Assembly: GCF_013122565.1 (NCBI RefSeq)
Contig: NZ_CP053258.1
Reading direction: 5' to 3' (one strand)
Length of the DNA: 64,000 nt
Source of the DNA: Escherichia coli
GTDB taxonomy: Bacteria > Pseudomonadota > Gammaproteobacteria > Enterobacterales > Enterobacteriaceae
Shown here: piece after piece, positions 13,818 through 24,273 of the stretch
How the letters are laid out: each line of letters starts with the position of its first letter
How positions within the stretch are numbered: the first letter of the stretch is position 1
Notes under the pieces: model-generated
What the model saw: the letters and a program-made list of their open reading frames with translations, nothing else
Databases searched by the model: none
What the model was told of the DNA's origin: nothing
Position numbers and translations under genes: made by a program

Positions 13818-15071
13818 TCAGGCGTGCAGACGACGATGCAAACGCGTCCCGACCAGCAGAGCAATGACCAGCATCAGAGCAATAAATGCGCCGACGCCGT
13901 TCCAGCCATAGTTATGCCAGAAAACACCCCCCAGCGTCCCGGCAATACTCGACCCCAGATAGTAACTGAACAGATACAGCGAGGAGGCCTGGCCTTTAGC
14001 GCGTTTTGCGCGGGGGCCGATCCAGCTGCTGGCAACGGAGTGGGCTGCGAAGAATCCGGCTGAGAAGAGTAACATTCCGGCAAAGATCAGCCACAGCGAG
14101 CTAAATAAGGTCATCAGTAAACCAAACAGCATAACTCCCGTCGAAAACAACATCACCGGACCGCGCCCATAGCGGGTGGTCATGGTTCCGGCTTTGGGTG
14201 AGCTCCATGTACCGGTCAAATAAGCCAGCGATAATAAGCCAACCACGGCCTGACTGACATGCCAGGGGGAAAGCATCAACCGATAGCCGATGTAATTAAA
14301 CAGCGTGACGAACGACCCCATCAGCAAAAAGCCTTCTGCGAACAATAACGGTAATCCCCGGTCACGCCAGTGCAGACGAAAGTTGATAAATAACGTCTTA
14401 GGGCGCAGCGAAGTCGGGCGAAAATGGCGTGATTCAGGGAGGATTTTCCAGAACATCAACGCCGAGGCCAGCGCGAAACAACCGATTGCCGCCAGAGCAA
14501 TTCGCCAGTTGAAAAAGTCCGTGAAGACACCGCTAATTAAGCGTCCGCTCATACCGCCAATTGAGTTGCCGCTGATATACAACCCCATTGAAAAGGCCAC
14601 GAAACTGGGATGGATTTCCTCGCTAAGATAAGTCATGCCAACAGCTGCCACGCCACTTAACGAAAGCCCAATCAAGGCGCGCATAATCAAAATGCCGTGC
14701 CAGCTGGTCATCATTGTCGAAAGTAACGTACAAATGGAGGCCAACAGTAGCGCCGTGACCATCACTGGTTTGCGACCAATGGCATCGGATAGGGGGCCAG
14801 TAAACAGCAAACCAATAGCCAACATCGCCGTGGAAATGGACAGTGAAATACTACTGTTCGCGGGCGTTAAGCCAAACTCCTGCGAAAGCACCGGAAGGAT
14901 AGGCTGCACACAATAGAGAAGTGCAAATGTTGCCAGTCCGGCAGAGAACAGCGCCAGGGTGACGCGCATAAATTGCGGCGTACCGCGTTTAATAAATTGA
15001 TTTGGCAGAGAAATGCTTTGCTTGTCAGTGTCGCTTGCCGGAGCGCCATCAACAGTTGTAGTACGGCTCAC
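13818..15071 (-). CDS. ynfM: MFS transporter YnfM
   Basis: 417 aa 12-TM ORF. Confidence 0.85.
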   Translation of the reverse strand: MSRTTTVDGAPASDTDKQSISLPNQFIKRGTPQFMRVTLALFSAGLATFALLYCVQPILPVLSQEFGLTPANSSISLSISTAMLAIGLLFTGPLSDAIGRKPVMVTALLLASICTLLSTMMTSWHGILIMRALIGLSLSGVAAVGMTYLSEEIHPSFVAFSMGLYISGNSIGGMSGRLISGVFTDFFNWRIALAAIGCFALASALMFWKILPESRHFRPTSLRPKTLFINFRLHWRDRGLPLLFAEGFLLMGSFVTLFNYIGYRLMLSPWHVSQAVVGLLSLAYLTGTWSSPKAGTMTTRYGRGPVMLFSTGVMLFGLLMTLFSSLWLIFAGMLLFSAGFFAAHSVASSWIGPRAKRAKGQASSLYLFSYYLGSSIAGTLGGVFWHNYGWNGVGAFIALMLVIALLVGTRLHRRLHA

Positions 15072-15177
15072 TTGAAATCCTTGCTAAATATGCCTGTGGA
15101 TCAGGCTTATACATAGGGTAGGAAAATCGAATTGTTCTGTCTAATATATTAATAATCTCAAATAAGATGTTTTAAAT

Positions 15178-16071
15178 ATGAATATTGAACTTCGTCATCT
15201 GCGTTACTTTGTTGCTGTTGCGGAAGAGCTGCATTTCGGGCGCGCCGCTGCCCGCCTGAATATTTCGCAACCGCCGCTAAGTCAGCAGATTCAGGCGCTG
15301 GAGCAACAAATTGGTGCCCGACTGCTGGCACGAACCAATCGCAGTGTATTGCTGACCGCAGCAGGAAAACAGTTTCTTGCAGATAGTCGGCAAATCCTGT
15401 CTATGGTGGATGACGCTGCCGCTCGCGCTGAAAGACTGCATCAGGGTGAAGCGGGGGAGTTGCGCATTGGTTTTACTTCGTCGGCTCCTTTTATTCGGGC
15501 GGTGTCCGATACGTTATCGCTGTTTCGCCGAGATTATCCCGATGTCCATTTACAAACCCGCGAAATGAACACTCGCGAGCAAATCGCTCCGCTCATTGAA
15601 GGAACGCTGGATATGGGATTGCTGCGTAACACAGCGTTACCGGAGACGCTTGAACACGCAGTCATCGTCCATGAACCGCTTATGGCGATGATCCCGCACG
15701 ATCATCCCCTGGCGAATAATCCGAGTGTAACACTGGCTGAACTGGCGAAAGAACCCTTTGTCTTTTTTGATCCGCACGTCGGGACAGGGCTGTATGACGA
15801 TATTCTCGGACTGATGCGACGTTACCATTTGACGCCCGTCATCACTCAGGAGGTGGGCGAGGCGATGACCATCATCGGTCTGGTTTCCGCCGGTCTGGGT
15901 GTTTCAATTTTGCCTGCGTCATTTAAACGTGTTCAGCTCAACGAAATGCGCTGGGTGCCGATTGCTGAAGAGGATGCGGTTTCTGAAATGTGGTTGGTCT
16001 GGCCGAAACATCATGAACAAAGTCCGGCTGCGCGTAACTTTCGTATTCATCTGCTGAATGCTCTCAGGTGA
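15178..16071 (+). CDS. ynfL: LysR-family transcriptional regulator
   Basis: 297 aa; N-terminal HTH (LRYFVAVAEELHFGRAA); divergent from ynfM. Confidence 0.85.
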   Translation: MNIELRHLRYFVAVAEELHFGRAAARLNISQPPLSQQIQALEQQIGARLLARTNRSVLLTAAGKQFLADSRQILSMVDDAAARAERLHQGEAGELRIGFTSSAPFIRAVSDTLSLFRRDYPDVHLQTREMNTREQIAPLIEGTLDMGLLRNTALPETLEHAVIVHEPLMAMIPHDHPLANNPSVTLAELAKEPFVFFDPHVGTGLYDDILGLMRRYHLTPVITQEVGEAMTIIGLVSAGLGVSILPASFKRVQLNEMRWVPIAEEDAVSEMWLVWPKHHEQSPAARNFRIHLLNALR

Positions 16072-16205
16072 GGGAAATTTCAGCGAAAAAGCCCGAAAAA
16101 TGTGCTGTTAATCACATGCCTAAGTAAAAATTTGACGACACGTATTGAAGTGCTTCACCATAGCCTACAGATTATTTCGGAGCGCGAAAATATAGGGAGT
16201 ATGCG

Positions 16206-17426
16206 GTGGTTGCTGAAAACCAGCCTGGGCACATTGATCAAATAAAGCAGACCAACGCGGGCGCGGTTTATCGCCTGATTGATCAGCTTGGTCCAGTCTC
16301 GCGTATCGATCTTTCCCGTCTGGCGCAGCTGGCTCCTGCCAGTATCACTAAAATTGTCCGTGAGATGCTCGAAGCACACCTGGTGCAAGAGCTGGAAATC
16401 AAAGAAGCGGGGAACCGTGGCCGTCCGGCGGTGGGGCTGGTGGTTGAAACTGAAGCCTGGCACTATCTTTCTCTGCGCATTAGTCGCGGGGAGATTTTCC
16501 TTGCTCTGCGCGATCTGAGCAGCAAACTGGTGGTGGAAGAGTCGCAGGAACTGGCGTTAAAAGATGACTCGCCATTGCTGGATCGTATCATTTCCCATAT
16601 CGATCAGTTTTTTATCCGCCACCAGAAAAAACTTGAGCGTCTAACTTCGATTGCCATAACCCTGCCGGGAATTATTGATACGGAAAATGGCATTGTACAT
16701 CGCATGCCGTTCTACGAGGATGTAAAAGAGATGCCGCTCGGCGAGGCTCTGGAGCAGCATACCGGCGTTCCGGTTTATATTCAGCATGATATCAGCGCAT
16801 GGACGATGGCAGAGGCCTTGTTTGGTGCCTCACGCGGGGCGCGCGATGTGATTCAGGTGGTTATCGATCACAACGTGGGGGCGGGCGTCATTACCGATGG
16901 TCATCTGCTACACGCAGGCAGCAGTAGTCTCGTGGAAATAGGCCACACACAGGTCGACCCGTATGGGAAACGTTGTTATTGCGGGAATCACGGCTGCCTC
17001 GAAACCATCGCCAGTGTGGACAGTATTCTTGAGCTGGCACAGCTGCGTCTCAATCAATCCATGAGCTCGATGTTGCATGGACAACCGTTAACCGTGGACT
17101 CATTGTGTCAGGCGGCATTGCGCGGCGATCTACTGGCAAAAGACATCATTACCGGGGTGGGCGCGCATGTGGGGCGCATTCTTGCCATCATGGTGAATTT
17201 ATTTAACCCACAAAAAATACTGATTGGCTCACCGTTAAGTAAAGCGGCAGATATCCTCTTCCCGGTCATCTCAGACAGCATCCGTCAGCAGGCCCTTCCT
17301 GCGTATAGTCAGCACATTAGCGTTGAGAGTACTCAGTTTTCTAACCAGGGCACGATGGCAGGGGCTGCGCTGGTAAAAGACGCGATGTATAACGGTTCTT
17401 TGTTGATTCGTCTGTTGCAGGGTTAA
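16206..17426 (+). CDS. mlc: ROK-family global regulator Mlc (DgsA)
   Basis: 406 aa ORF with GTG start; translation MVAENQPGHIDQIKQTNAGAVYRLI matches Mlc. Confidence 0.92.
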   Translation: MVAENQPGHIDQIKQTNAGAVYRLIDQLGPVSRIDLSRLAQLAPASITKIVREMLEAHLVQELEIKEAGNRGRPAVGLVVETEAWHYLSLRISRGEIFLALRDLSSKLVVEESQELALKDDSPLLDRIISHIDQFFIRHQKKLERLTSIAITLPGIIDTENGIVHRMPFYEDVKEMPLGEALEQHTGVPVYIQHDISAWTMAEALFGASRGARDVIQVVIDHNVGAGVITDGHLLHAGSSSLVEIGHTQVDPYGKRCYCGNHGCLETIASVDSILELAQLRLNQSMSSMLHGQPLTVDSLCQAALRGDLLAKDIITGVGAHVGRILAIMVNLFNPQKILIGSPLSKAADILFPVISDSIRQQALPAYSQHISVESTQFSNQGTMAGAALVKDAMYNGSLLIRLLQG

Positions 17427-17550
17427 CATTTTTTAACTGTTCTACCAAAATTTGCGCTATCTCAATTTGGGCCAGGAAAGCATAACTTAGACTTTCAAGG
17501 TTAATTATTTTCCTGGTTTATATTTGTGAAGCATAACGGTGGAGTTAGTG

Positions 17551-18246
17551 ATGCTGAAGCGTTTCTTTATTACCGGTACAGACACTTCTGTAGGGAAAAC
17601 GGTGGTTTCCCGCGCATTGCTACAAGCGTTAGCCTCCCAGGGAAAAACGGTTGCGGGATATAAACCCGTAGCGAAGGGGAGCAAAGAGACACCCGAAGGG
17701 CTGCGTAATAAAGATGCCCTGGTGTTGCAGAGTGTTTCAACCATCGAACTGCCTTATGAAGCAGTTAATCCTATCGCGTTAAGCGAAGAAGAAAGTAGCG
17801 TGGCGCACAGTTGCCCAATCAATTACACCCTCATTTCAAACGGCCTGGCAAACCTGACCGAAAAAGTCGATCATGTCGTGGTAGAAGGGACTGGCGGCTG
17901 GCGCAGTCTGATGAATGATTTGCGTCCACTCTCTGAATGGGTGGTGCAGGAACAACTGCCGGTGTTGATGGTTGTCGGTATTCAGGAAGGTTGCATTAAC
18001 CATGCACTGCTAACAGCTCAGGCGATTGCCAACGACGGGCTGCCGCTCATTGGCTGGGTGGCTAACCGAATCAACCCAGGACTGGCGCATTATGCGGAAA
18101 TCATTGATGTGCTCGGTAAAAAACTTCCGGCACCGCTCATTGGTGAACTGCCTTATCTGCCGCGCGCCGAACAGCGTGAACTGGGGCAATACATCCGCTT
18201 AGCTATGCTGCGCAGTGTGCTGGCGGTAGATAGAGTCACGGTGTAA
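17551..18246 (+). CDS. ynfK: Dethiobiotin synthetase paralog (BioD-like)
   Basis: ORF track 17539..18246; start [17 protein letters not shown] (P-loop); 231 aa. Confidence 0.85.
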
Positions 18247-19455
18247 CGTCCGCGAGATTACCGACGCAATTACGCAGGCAATCAATAAACCGGGGAGTAG
18301 CTGATACTCCCCGGTCATTTCACATATCATCAACGTCGACATAATCGGCGCGTGCGTGGTTGCCGCCAACAGTGTCGCCATCCCGGTCAATCCGAGTAAA
18401 AGCGTAATTTCTTCGCCATCAGGGAACCATAATCCCAGGCTACGACCATACAACATGCCAATGGCAAGACCGATAAATAGCGTCGGTGTAAAGACACCAC
18501 CGGGTGCGCCGGAACCGCTACTCGCCAGCACGGCACACAGTTTACAAAGGAAGATCCCGGCAATGATCATTAACAGTGGCGGGGCGGTTAAAAAGGATTG
18601 TACGGTGCTATAGCCGTTGCCCCACACTGCAGGTGTGAACAGGGAAAGCAGACCCACGATCAACCCGCCTAGTGCCAGTTGCCAGGGCGGCGCAAGTTTG
18701 AGACTCACAAATCCACGATGACAGGCGTTCATTAACGTTAACAACAGTGGTCCGCACAGACCTGCCAGCACACCTGTACTGATAATCAGCGCATAGTCAC
18801 GAGCCTGAACCGTCACTGAGAGTTGTACGCTGTAGAGTAACGCGTCGCTATGATTAATCAGATTGCTAACCAGCAATGCCACGACAGCGGAAATAATCAC
18901 CGGGCCGAGAGAGGCCAACATCATAGTGCCAAACAGCACTTCGGCTATAAATAAACTGCCAGCAAGCGGGGCGCGATAGGCCGCAGCCATTCCCGCCGCA
19001 GCTCCACAGGCGATCCATAATTTCCACTCCTGGCGTGGCGTAAAACGTTGGGTAAAACAGGAGGCGGCAAGGGCAGCTAAAAGAATCATCGCACCTTCGC
19101 GACCAATTGCACTGCCGCTGGTTACTACCAGCAGAGAGGCAAGCGATTTAACCAGGCTTGCTGCGTAATCAAACTGCCCATCGGTTTGCAACGCTTCCAT
19201 ATAATCGGTCGGCGCATGAGGGCGTTGCTGGGTAAATTTCTGCCAGCCCATCAGCAACAAACCCGCCGCCAGTCCGCCGAGCGCCGGAGTTAGCAGCCGT
19301 CGCCACGGGGAAAGATTTGTCGCTGCATTGACCAGACTGCCGGAGTCATTATTGAGGAACAACCACTCCAGTAGCAGCATCGCATGACGAAACCCGGCAA
19401 CGGCAAAGGCCGCGAGAATACCGACGGCTGTTGCGATAAGCAGACGGCGGAACAT
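18199..19455 (-). CDS. clcB: ClC-family voltage-gated chloride channel ClcB
   Basis: ORF track 18199..19515; likely start [12 protein letters not shown]; 418 aa; GSGIP-type selectivity motifs. Confidence 0.85.
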   Translation of the reverse strand: MFRRLLIATAVGILAAFAVAGFRHAMLLLEWLFLNNDSGSLVNAATNLSPWRRLLTPALGGLAAGLLLMGWQKFTQQRPHAPTDYMEALQTDGQFDYAASLVKSLASLLVVTSGSAIGREGAMILLAALAASCFTQRFTPRQEWKLWIACGAAAGMAAAYRAPLAGSLFIAEVLFGTMMLASLGPVIISAVVALLVSNLINHSDALLYSVQLSVTVQARDYALIISTGVLAGLCGPLLLTLMNACHRGFVSLKLAPPWQLALGGLIVGLLSLFTPAVWGNGYSTVQSFLTAPPLLMIIAGIFLCKLCAVLASSGSGAPGGVFTPTLFIGLAIGMLYGRSLGLWFPDGEEITLLLGLTGMATLLAATTHAPIMSTLMICEMTGEYQLLPGLLIACVIASVISRTLHRDSIYRQHTAQHS

Positions 19456-19648
19456 AGTGCGCAGATCCGGATAGATGTGTAGATGATGCATGAGCAGAAA
19501 TGGGCAATGAAACACGGGCGACTATTTTGCGGCAAAAGAGGCCAGCTGCAAAAGCAGTGCGTGCTTTAAGAGACAAAAAACGTGACACTGTAACGTATTG
19601 TTGCCGAATCGCGCGTAATCGTCACCATCCGGCAATATTACGGTGATC

Positions 19649-20263
19649 CTATCGAAACAGCGGTTTAACCGCGACAGGAATTAACAGTTGTGATTGCCAT
19701 TGCGCCAGCGTTAAGCGAGCCAGTTCACCCAGTGCACGGTAGAAAGGGTGTTCTGCTTTTTCGATAAAAACATCAAGAAAACGTGTTGACCACGGAAAAA
19801 GGTGCCATGCCAGCAATTCTTCGCATTCTGTCTGGCGACCATTCTCCGCCAACCACGCAGCCATCAACAGCAGCGAACCAAAATGATCTTCCGGTTCATT
19901 TTGCTTCATTTCAAACTGAATGCCTTTCTCGCGCATCCACTGACGAAGTGCCAATGTTGAATCGCCAAACAGCACAGATTCGCGATCCAGCCAGACCGAC
20001 CCCCACGGCGGAGACGGCAGTGCCCACGGGCCGACAAACAAACGCTGCCAGGCCTGGGCGTGAGTCTCTTCACACTGTGCCTGAAAAGCCGTCACCAGCG
20101 GCGCTAATGACGCTTCTGGTAGAGGCCACTGAGTTTCCCAGCCGTCACGGGTGAGTACCGCAACCAGAGGTGCGGCTTCCGCACTCTCTGGAGCGTAATA
20201 AAACAGCGCGCCCAACACGCGCGCCACGACAGAAAAATTATCTTGCTGTGAAAAATGGGTCAT
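19649..20263 (-). CDS. dmsD: Tat proofreading chaperone DmsD
   Basis: ORF track 19649..20272; start MTHFSQQDNFSV; 204 aa. Confidence 0.9.
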   Translation of the reverse strand: MTHFSQQDNFSVVARVLGALFYYAPESAEAAPLVAVLTRDGWETQWPLPEASLAPLVTAFQAQCEETHAQAWQRLFVGPWALPSPPWGSVWLDRESVLFGDSTLALRQWMREKGIQFEMKQNEPEDHFGSLLLMAAWLAENGRQTECEELLAWHLFPWSTRFLDVFIEKAEHPFYRALGELARLTLAQWQSQLLIPVAVKPLFR

Positions 20264-20305
20264 TCCTAACATCCTGAAATGTGCGGGTTGCCCCGCACCA
20301 ATTTG

Positions 20306-21160
20306 TTAACCTGCAATAGCCATTCCTACCGTCATGTGCAGGCCATAAAAGAGCACACGCCCGATCATCTCACCGCCAAGAATGAGGATTAACCCCAGAA
20401 TAAGTCCGGCAACGTGTGGTTCACGGCGACGTATGAGCGGACAAAGCCAGCATCCTAGACCTGCGCATAACAATACCACACGCCAGACCTGTAAGGAGGC
20501 GTAATCTGGTACCAGTGCGCTGGCTTGTTGTACGGATGAGTAAATAGACGACAGAGACAAACCTTGCAGCACAATCACCCCGGCACAAGCGATCAGCGCC
20601 AGAACGCTAATGATGGCAAATGGTGTGGTATTAAATGTAACGCGGGCTGCCCGCAGAATTGCGGCAGCAAGTATTGGACCACTCAACAATACCGTCAGGA
20701 AGAAAGCCAGCGTAGTGTAACCGTTATGCCAGGTTGGCACAGTGTCGATTTGATACACGCAGGTCATCATCCAGACGAAAATGACGCCGAGCGCCATGCT
20801 GACAAGTAACCAGAGTTTCCCCAACGCTTGCGGCATTTTACCGATGACCGCCACCAGCCACCATAGTCCGCCAACGGCAAAAAATATGGAACCGGCAGCA
20901 ATCTCGTTACTCAGACCAGAAGCTCCGATTCGATTCAGTGAGTTAAACGCCCGCAGTGGCGATCCCAGGTGCATGACAGAGGCAATAAACCCGATGCCCA
21001 TCAACAGCCAGAGGAAAAACATGCCACGAACAATGTGCTGACGGTCTGTGTCATTTTTGGCGGCGAACCAGCCAATTCCGCTAACAATCAGCGCGCCTAC
21101 TACGCATTGACCCAATACGGTAAAGATAACCAGTGGCCATTCATGCCATCCATTTCCCAT
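20306..21160 (-). CDS. ynfH: DMSO reductase-family membrane anchor subunit (DmsC-like)
   Basis: ORF track extends to 21400 but likely start is MGNGWHEWPLVIF at 21160, 2 bp after ynfG stop; 284 aa polytopic protein. Confidence 0.85.
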   Translation of the reverse strand: MGNGWHEWPLVIFTVLGQCVVGALIVSGIGWFAAKNDTDRQHIVRGMFFLWLLMGIGFIASVMHLGSPLRAFNSLNRIGASGLSNEIAAGSIFFAVGGLWWLVAVIGKMPQALGKLWLLVSMALGVIFVWMMTCVYQIDTVPTWHNGYTTLAFFLTVLLSGPILAAAILRAARVTFNTTPFAIISVLALIACAGVIVLQGLSLSSIYSSVQQASALVPDYASLQVWRVVLLCAGLGCWLCPLIRRREPHVAGLILGLILILGGEMIGRVLFYGLHMTVGMAIAG

Positions 21161-21161
21161 T

Positions 21162-21779
21162 TTACACTTCCTCCGGATTAGCCAGATAACCAGTGGTATC
21201 GCCGGTCGGGCGGCTGTTGGCGTTAGGTTTGATAACGATATTGGGTTTTGTGAAATGCGCGCGCGGCAGTGGCGCGACGGCAGCAAGAGTGCCGTGCTTC
21301 TGGCGCAGCTCTTCAATTGGACCGAACTCAAGTGCACGCAGCGGGCAGGATTCGACACATATGGGTTGTTTCCCCTCGGCGACGCGCGAATAACAACCAT
21401 CGCACTTCGTCATGTGCCCTTTTTCAGCATTGTACTGTGGCGCGCCGTACGGACAAGCCATGTGGCAGTAGCGGCAACCGATACAAACATCTTCATCAAC
21501 CACCACAAAGCCATCTTCACGCTTATGCATTGCGCCGCTGGGGCAGACTTTTGTACATGCGGGGTCATCGCAATGGTTACAGGAGATGGAGAGATAATAA
21601 GCGAACACGTTCTGGCGCCAGACGTCATTATCTTCCTGCCAGTCGCCGCCAGCATATTCATAAATACGGCGGAAACTGACTTCCGGGCCAAGATCTTTAA
21701 AATCTTTGCACGCCAGTTCGCAGGTTTTACAGCCAGTACAGCGGCTGGAATCGATAAAAAATCCATATTGTGTGGTCAT
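21162..21779 (-). CDS. ynfG: DMSO reductase-family 4Fe-4S ferredoxin subunit (DmsB-like)
   Basis: 205 aa with four CxxCxxCxxxCP clusters. Confidence 0.9.
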   Translation of the reverse strand: MTTQYGFFIDSSRCTGCKTCELACKDFKDLGPEVSFRRIYEYAGGDWQEDNDVWRQNVFAYYLSISCNHCDDPACTKVCPSGAMHKREDGFVVVDEDVCIGCRYCHMACPYGAPQYNAEKGHMTKCDGCYSRVAEGKQPICVESCPLRALEFGPIEELRQKHGTLAAVAPLPRAHFTKPNIVIKPNANSRPTGDTTGYLANPEEV

Positions 21780-21789
21780 GGGCTACTCC

Positions 21790-24216
21790 TTAAACCTTTT
21801 CGATCTGAACAAGATTGCTGTGCGACGGGTTTCCCTTTGCCAGCGGTGAAGGGCGGTGAGAGGTCAGAATATTGATACTGCCGCCGTGATCGACCCGGTC
21901 ACCAAACATATCCGCTTTAAGCCACGCACCTTGCCCGATGGCGGTAACGCCAGGCAGAATACGCGGAGTCACTTTTGCGGCAATCAGCATTTCTCCATTA
22001 TTGTTAAATACCCGCACGGTATCGCCATGACGGATACCGCGTTCCTGAGCATCAATGGGGTTGATCCACACCTCTTGTGGGCAGGCCTGCTGTAACACAT
22101 CAATATTGCCGTAGCTGGAGTGGGTACGTGCTTTGTAGTGGAAGCCCGTTAGCTGCAGTGGATAGGTTTTCCGCAGGGGATCGTCCCAGCCATCAAAACC
22201 TGGGGTATACGCAGGAAGGGGATGAATAATTTCATCTTTTTTCAATTCCCAGGTATCTGCAATCTTCGCCAGTCGTTCAGAATAAATTTCGATTTTCCCC
22301 GAAGGTGTTTTCAACGGGTTTGCCTGTGGATCTTCACGGAATGCGCGGAAAGCGACGTAGTGTTCTTCCGGGCATTTTTTCTTAAAGATCCCGGTCGTTT
22401 TCATCTCCTCGTAGTCGGGCATCTCAGGGTTACGTTCCTTCGTTTTCGCATGGAGATATTTGATCCATTCATGCTGACTGCGACCTTCAGTAAAGGTTTG
22501 ATAAACGTCCGGTCCTAAGCGTTTGGCGACTTCACTCAGCATCCAGTAGATGGGTTTGCGTTCAAATTTTGCTGAGGTTGCGGGTTGGGCGAGGATCACA
22601 TAGCCCATATTCCCTGCAGATTCATGAGAGATAAGGTCTTCTTGCTCTGTTGGCATCAGGTCGGGCAACAGGATATCGCAATACTTAGCCGAGGCCGTCA
22701 TGAAGTGGTCAATGCCGACAATCATCTCGCACTTGCTGTCATCCTGAAGCACCTCATGGGTGTGATTGATGTCGCCATGTTGATTGATCAATGTGTTACT
22801 GGCGTAGCACCATAAAAACTTGATGGGGACATCCAGTTTTTCTTTTCCACGAACACCATCACGGGTCGCGGTCATTTCCGTACCATGGTCGATGGCATCT
22901 GTCCATGTAAAGACGGAAATCTGCGTTTTAACAGGATTGGCTAGCATCGGGAACCATTCTACCCCCAGATCCCAGCTACCTTCGCGTACACCTGAGTTGC
23001 CGCCGTTTATGCCGACGTTACCGGTGAGAACGGAAAGCATGGCAATAGCGCGGGACGTTTGTTCGCCGTTGGAATGTCGTTGTGGCCCCCAACCCTGACA
23101 AATATAAGCAGGTTTTGCTGAACCGATCTCTCGTGCCAACTGGATAATTTTTTCTGCCGGGATGCTGGTGATTTTTGCTGCCCATTCCGGCGTTTTAGCT
23201 ATGCCGTCAGGCCCTTCGCCCAGAATATAGGCTTTATAATGCGCGTTACGTGGTGCGTTGGCGGGCAGCGTTTTTTCATCGTAACCAACACAATATTTGT
23301 CGAGAAATGGCTGATCGACCATGTTTTCAGTAATCAGTACCCAGGCAATCGCACAGGCCAGTGCGCCATCGGTGCCAGGGCGAATGGGCAGCCATTCATC
23401 TTCACGCCCGGCAGCTGTGTCGTTATAACGTGGATCGATGACGATCATGCGTGCGTTTGAACGTTCGCGGGCTTGCTCGACGTAGTAAGTGACACCACCA
23501 CCGCTCATCCGCGTTTCTGCCGGGTTATTTCCGAACATAACGACCAGTTTCGTATTGGCGATATCATCCGGGCTGTTGCCATCATTGGCACCGAACATAT
23601 AACTCATTGCGGCACTGATCTGTGCGGTACTGTAGCTGCCATAGCGACTGAGAAAACCACCGCAAGAGTTCATCAGACGGTACGGGACGTTTGAGTTGGT
23701 GATGTTTCCGCCATCTACACCTGTTCCGTACAGGACATGTACAGCCTCATTGCCGTAATCTTTTAGGATCCGCCGAAGATTATCACTGATGGTATCCAGG
23801 GCTTCGTCCCAACTTATCCGTTCAAATTTACCTTCACCGCGCTTGCCGACGCGCTTCATGGGATATTTCAACCTATCAGGATGATTCATCCGTCGGCGGA
23901 TAGAGCGCCCGCGTAAACACGCACGAACCTGATGATTACCGTAGACGTCGTCACCTGTCGTATCAGACTCCACCCAGTACACGGTGTCATCTTTCACATG
24001 CAAACGTAACAGACAGCGGCTCCCGCAGTTAACGGTACAGGAACTCCAGACCGCTTTCTCTTCTACCGGGGCCTCTGCCGCCCGGACCATTTGGGAAAAT
24101 GGCAGAGTGAAAGCACTGCTTGCCAGCGCAAGACTGCCAAGTGCGGAGGTTTTCATCAGACTTCTACGGCTGATTTCAGCCTTCATGAGCGCCTCTGTGG
24201 TATGGATTTTCATCAT
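21790..24216 (-). CDS. ynfF: Molybdopterin oxidoreductase catalytic subunit (DmsA paralog, putative selenate reductase)
   Basis: 808 aa; Tat signal SRRSLMKTSALGSLALA; molybdopterin-binding domains. Confidence 0.9.
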   Translation of the reverse strand: MMKIHTTEALMKAEISRRSLMKTSALGSLALASSAFTLPFSQMVRAAEAPVEEKAVWSSCTVNCGSRCLLRLHVKDDTVYWVESDTTGDDVYGNHQVRACLRGRSIRRRMNHPDRLKYPMKRVGKRGEGKFERISWDEALDTISDNLRRILKDYGNEAVHVLYGTGVDGGNITNSNVPYRLMNSCGGFLSRYGSYSTAQISAAMSYMFGANDGNSPDDIANTKLVVMFGNNPAETRMSGGGVTYYVEQARERSNARMIVIDPRYNDTAAGREDEWLPIRPGTDGALACAIAWVLITENMVDQPFLDKYCVGYDEKTLPANAPRNAHYKAYILGEGPDGIAKTPEWAAKITSIPAEKIIQLAREIGSAKPAYICQGWGPQRHSNGEQTSRAIAMLSVLTGNVGINGGNSGVREGSWDLGVEWFPMLANPVKTQISVFTWTDAIDHGTEMTATRDGVRGKEKLDVPIKFLWCYASNTLINQHGDINHTHEVLQDDSKCEMIVGIDHFMTASAKYCDILLPDLMPTEQEDLISHESAGNMGYVILAQPATSAKFERKPIYWMLSEVAKRLGPDVYQTFTEGRSQHEWIKYLHAKTKERNPEMPDYEEMKTTGIFKKKCPEEHYVAFRAFREDPQANPLKTPSGKIEIYSERLAKIADTWELKKDEIIHPLPAYTPGFDGWDDPLRKTYPLQLTGFHYKARTHSSYGNIDVLQQACPQEVWINPIDAQERGIRHGDTVRVFNNNGEMLIAAKVTPRILPGVTAIGQGAWLKADMFGDRVDHGGSINILTSHRPSPLAKGNPSHSNLVQIEKV

Positions 24217-24273
24217 TACTCACTTATTGCTTTTCAAACAAAATGTCATGCCAGAATTTATGGTTGTAGTGGG

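Noticed and set aside
20306-21400. 364 aa ORF-track version of ynfH extending 240 bp into ynfG
   Set aside because: The upstream extension overlaps ynfG in another frame and has no hydrophobic character; the Met at 21160 immediately after the ynfG stop gives the expected 284 aa membrane anchor.
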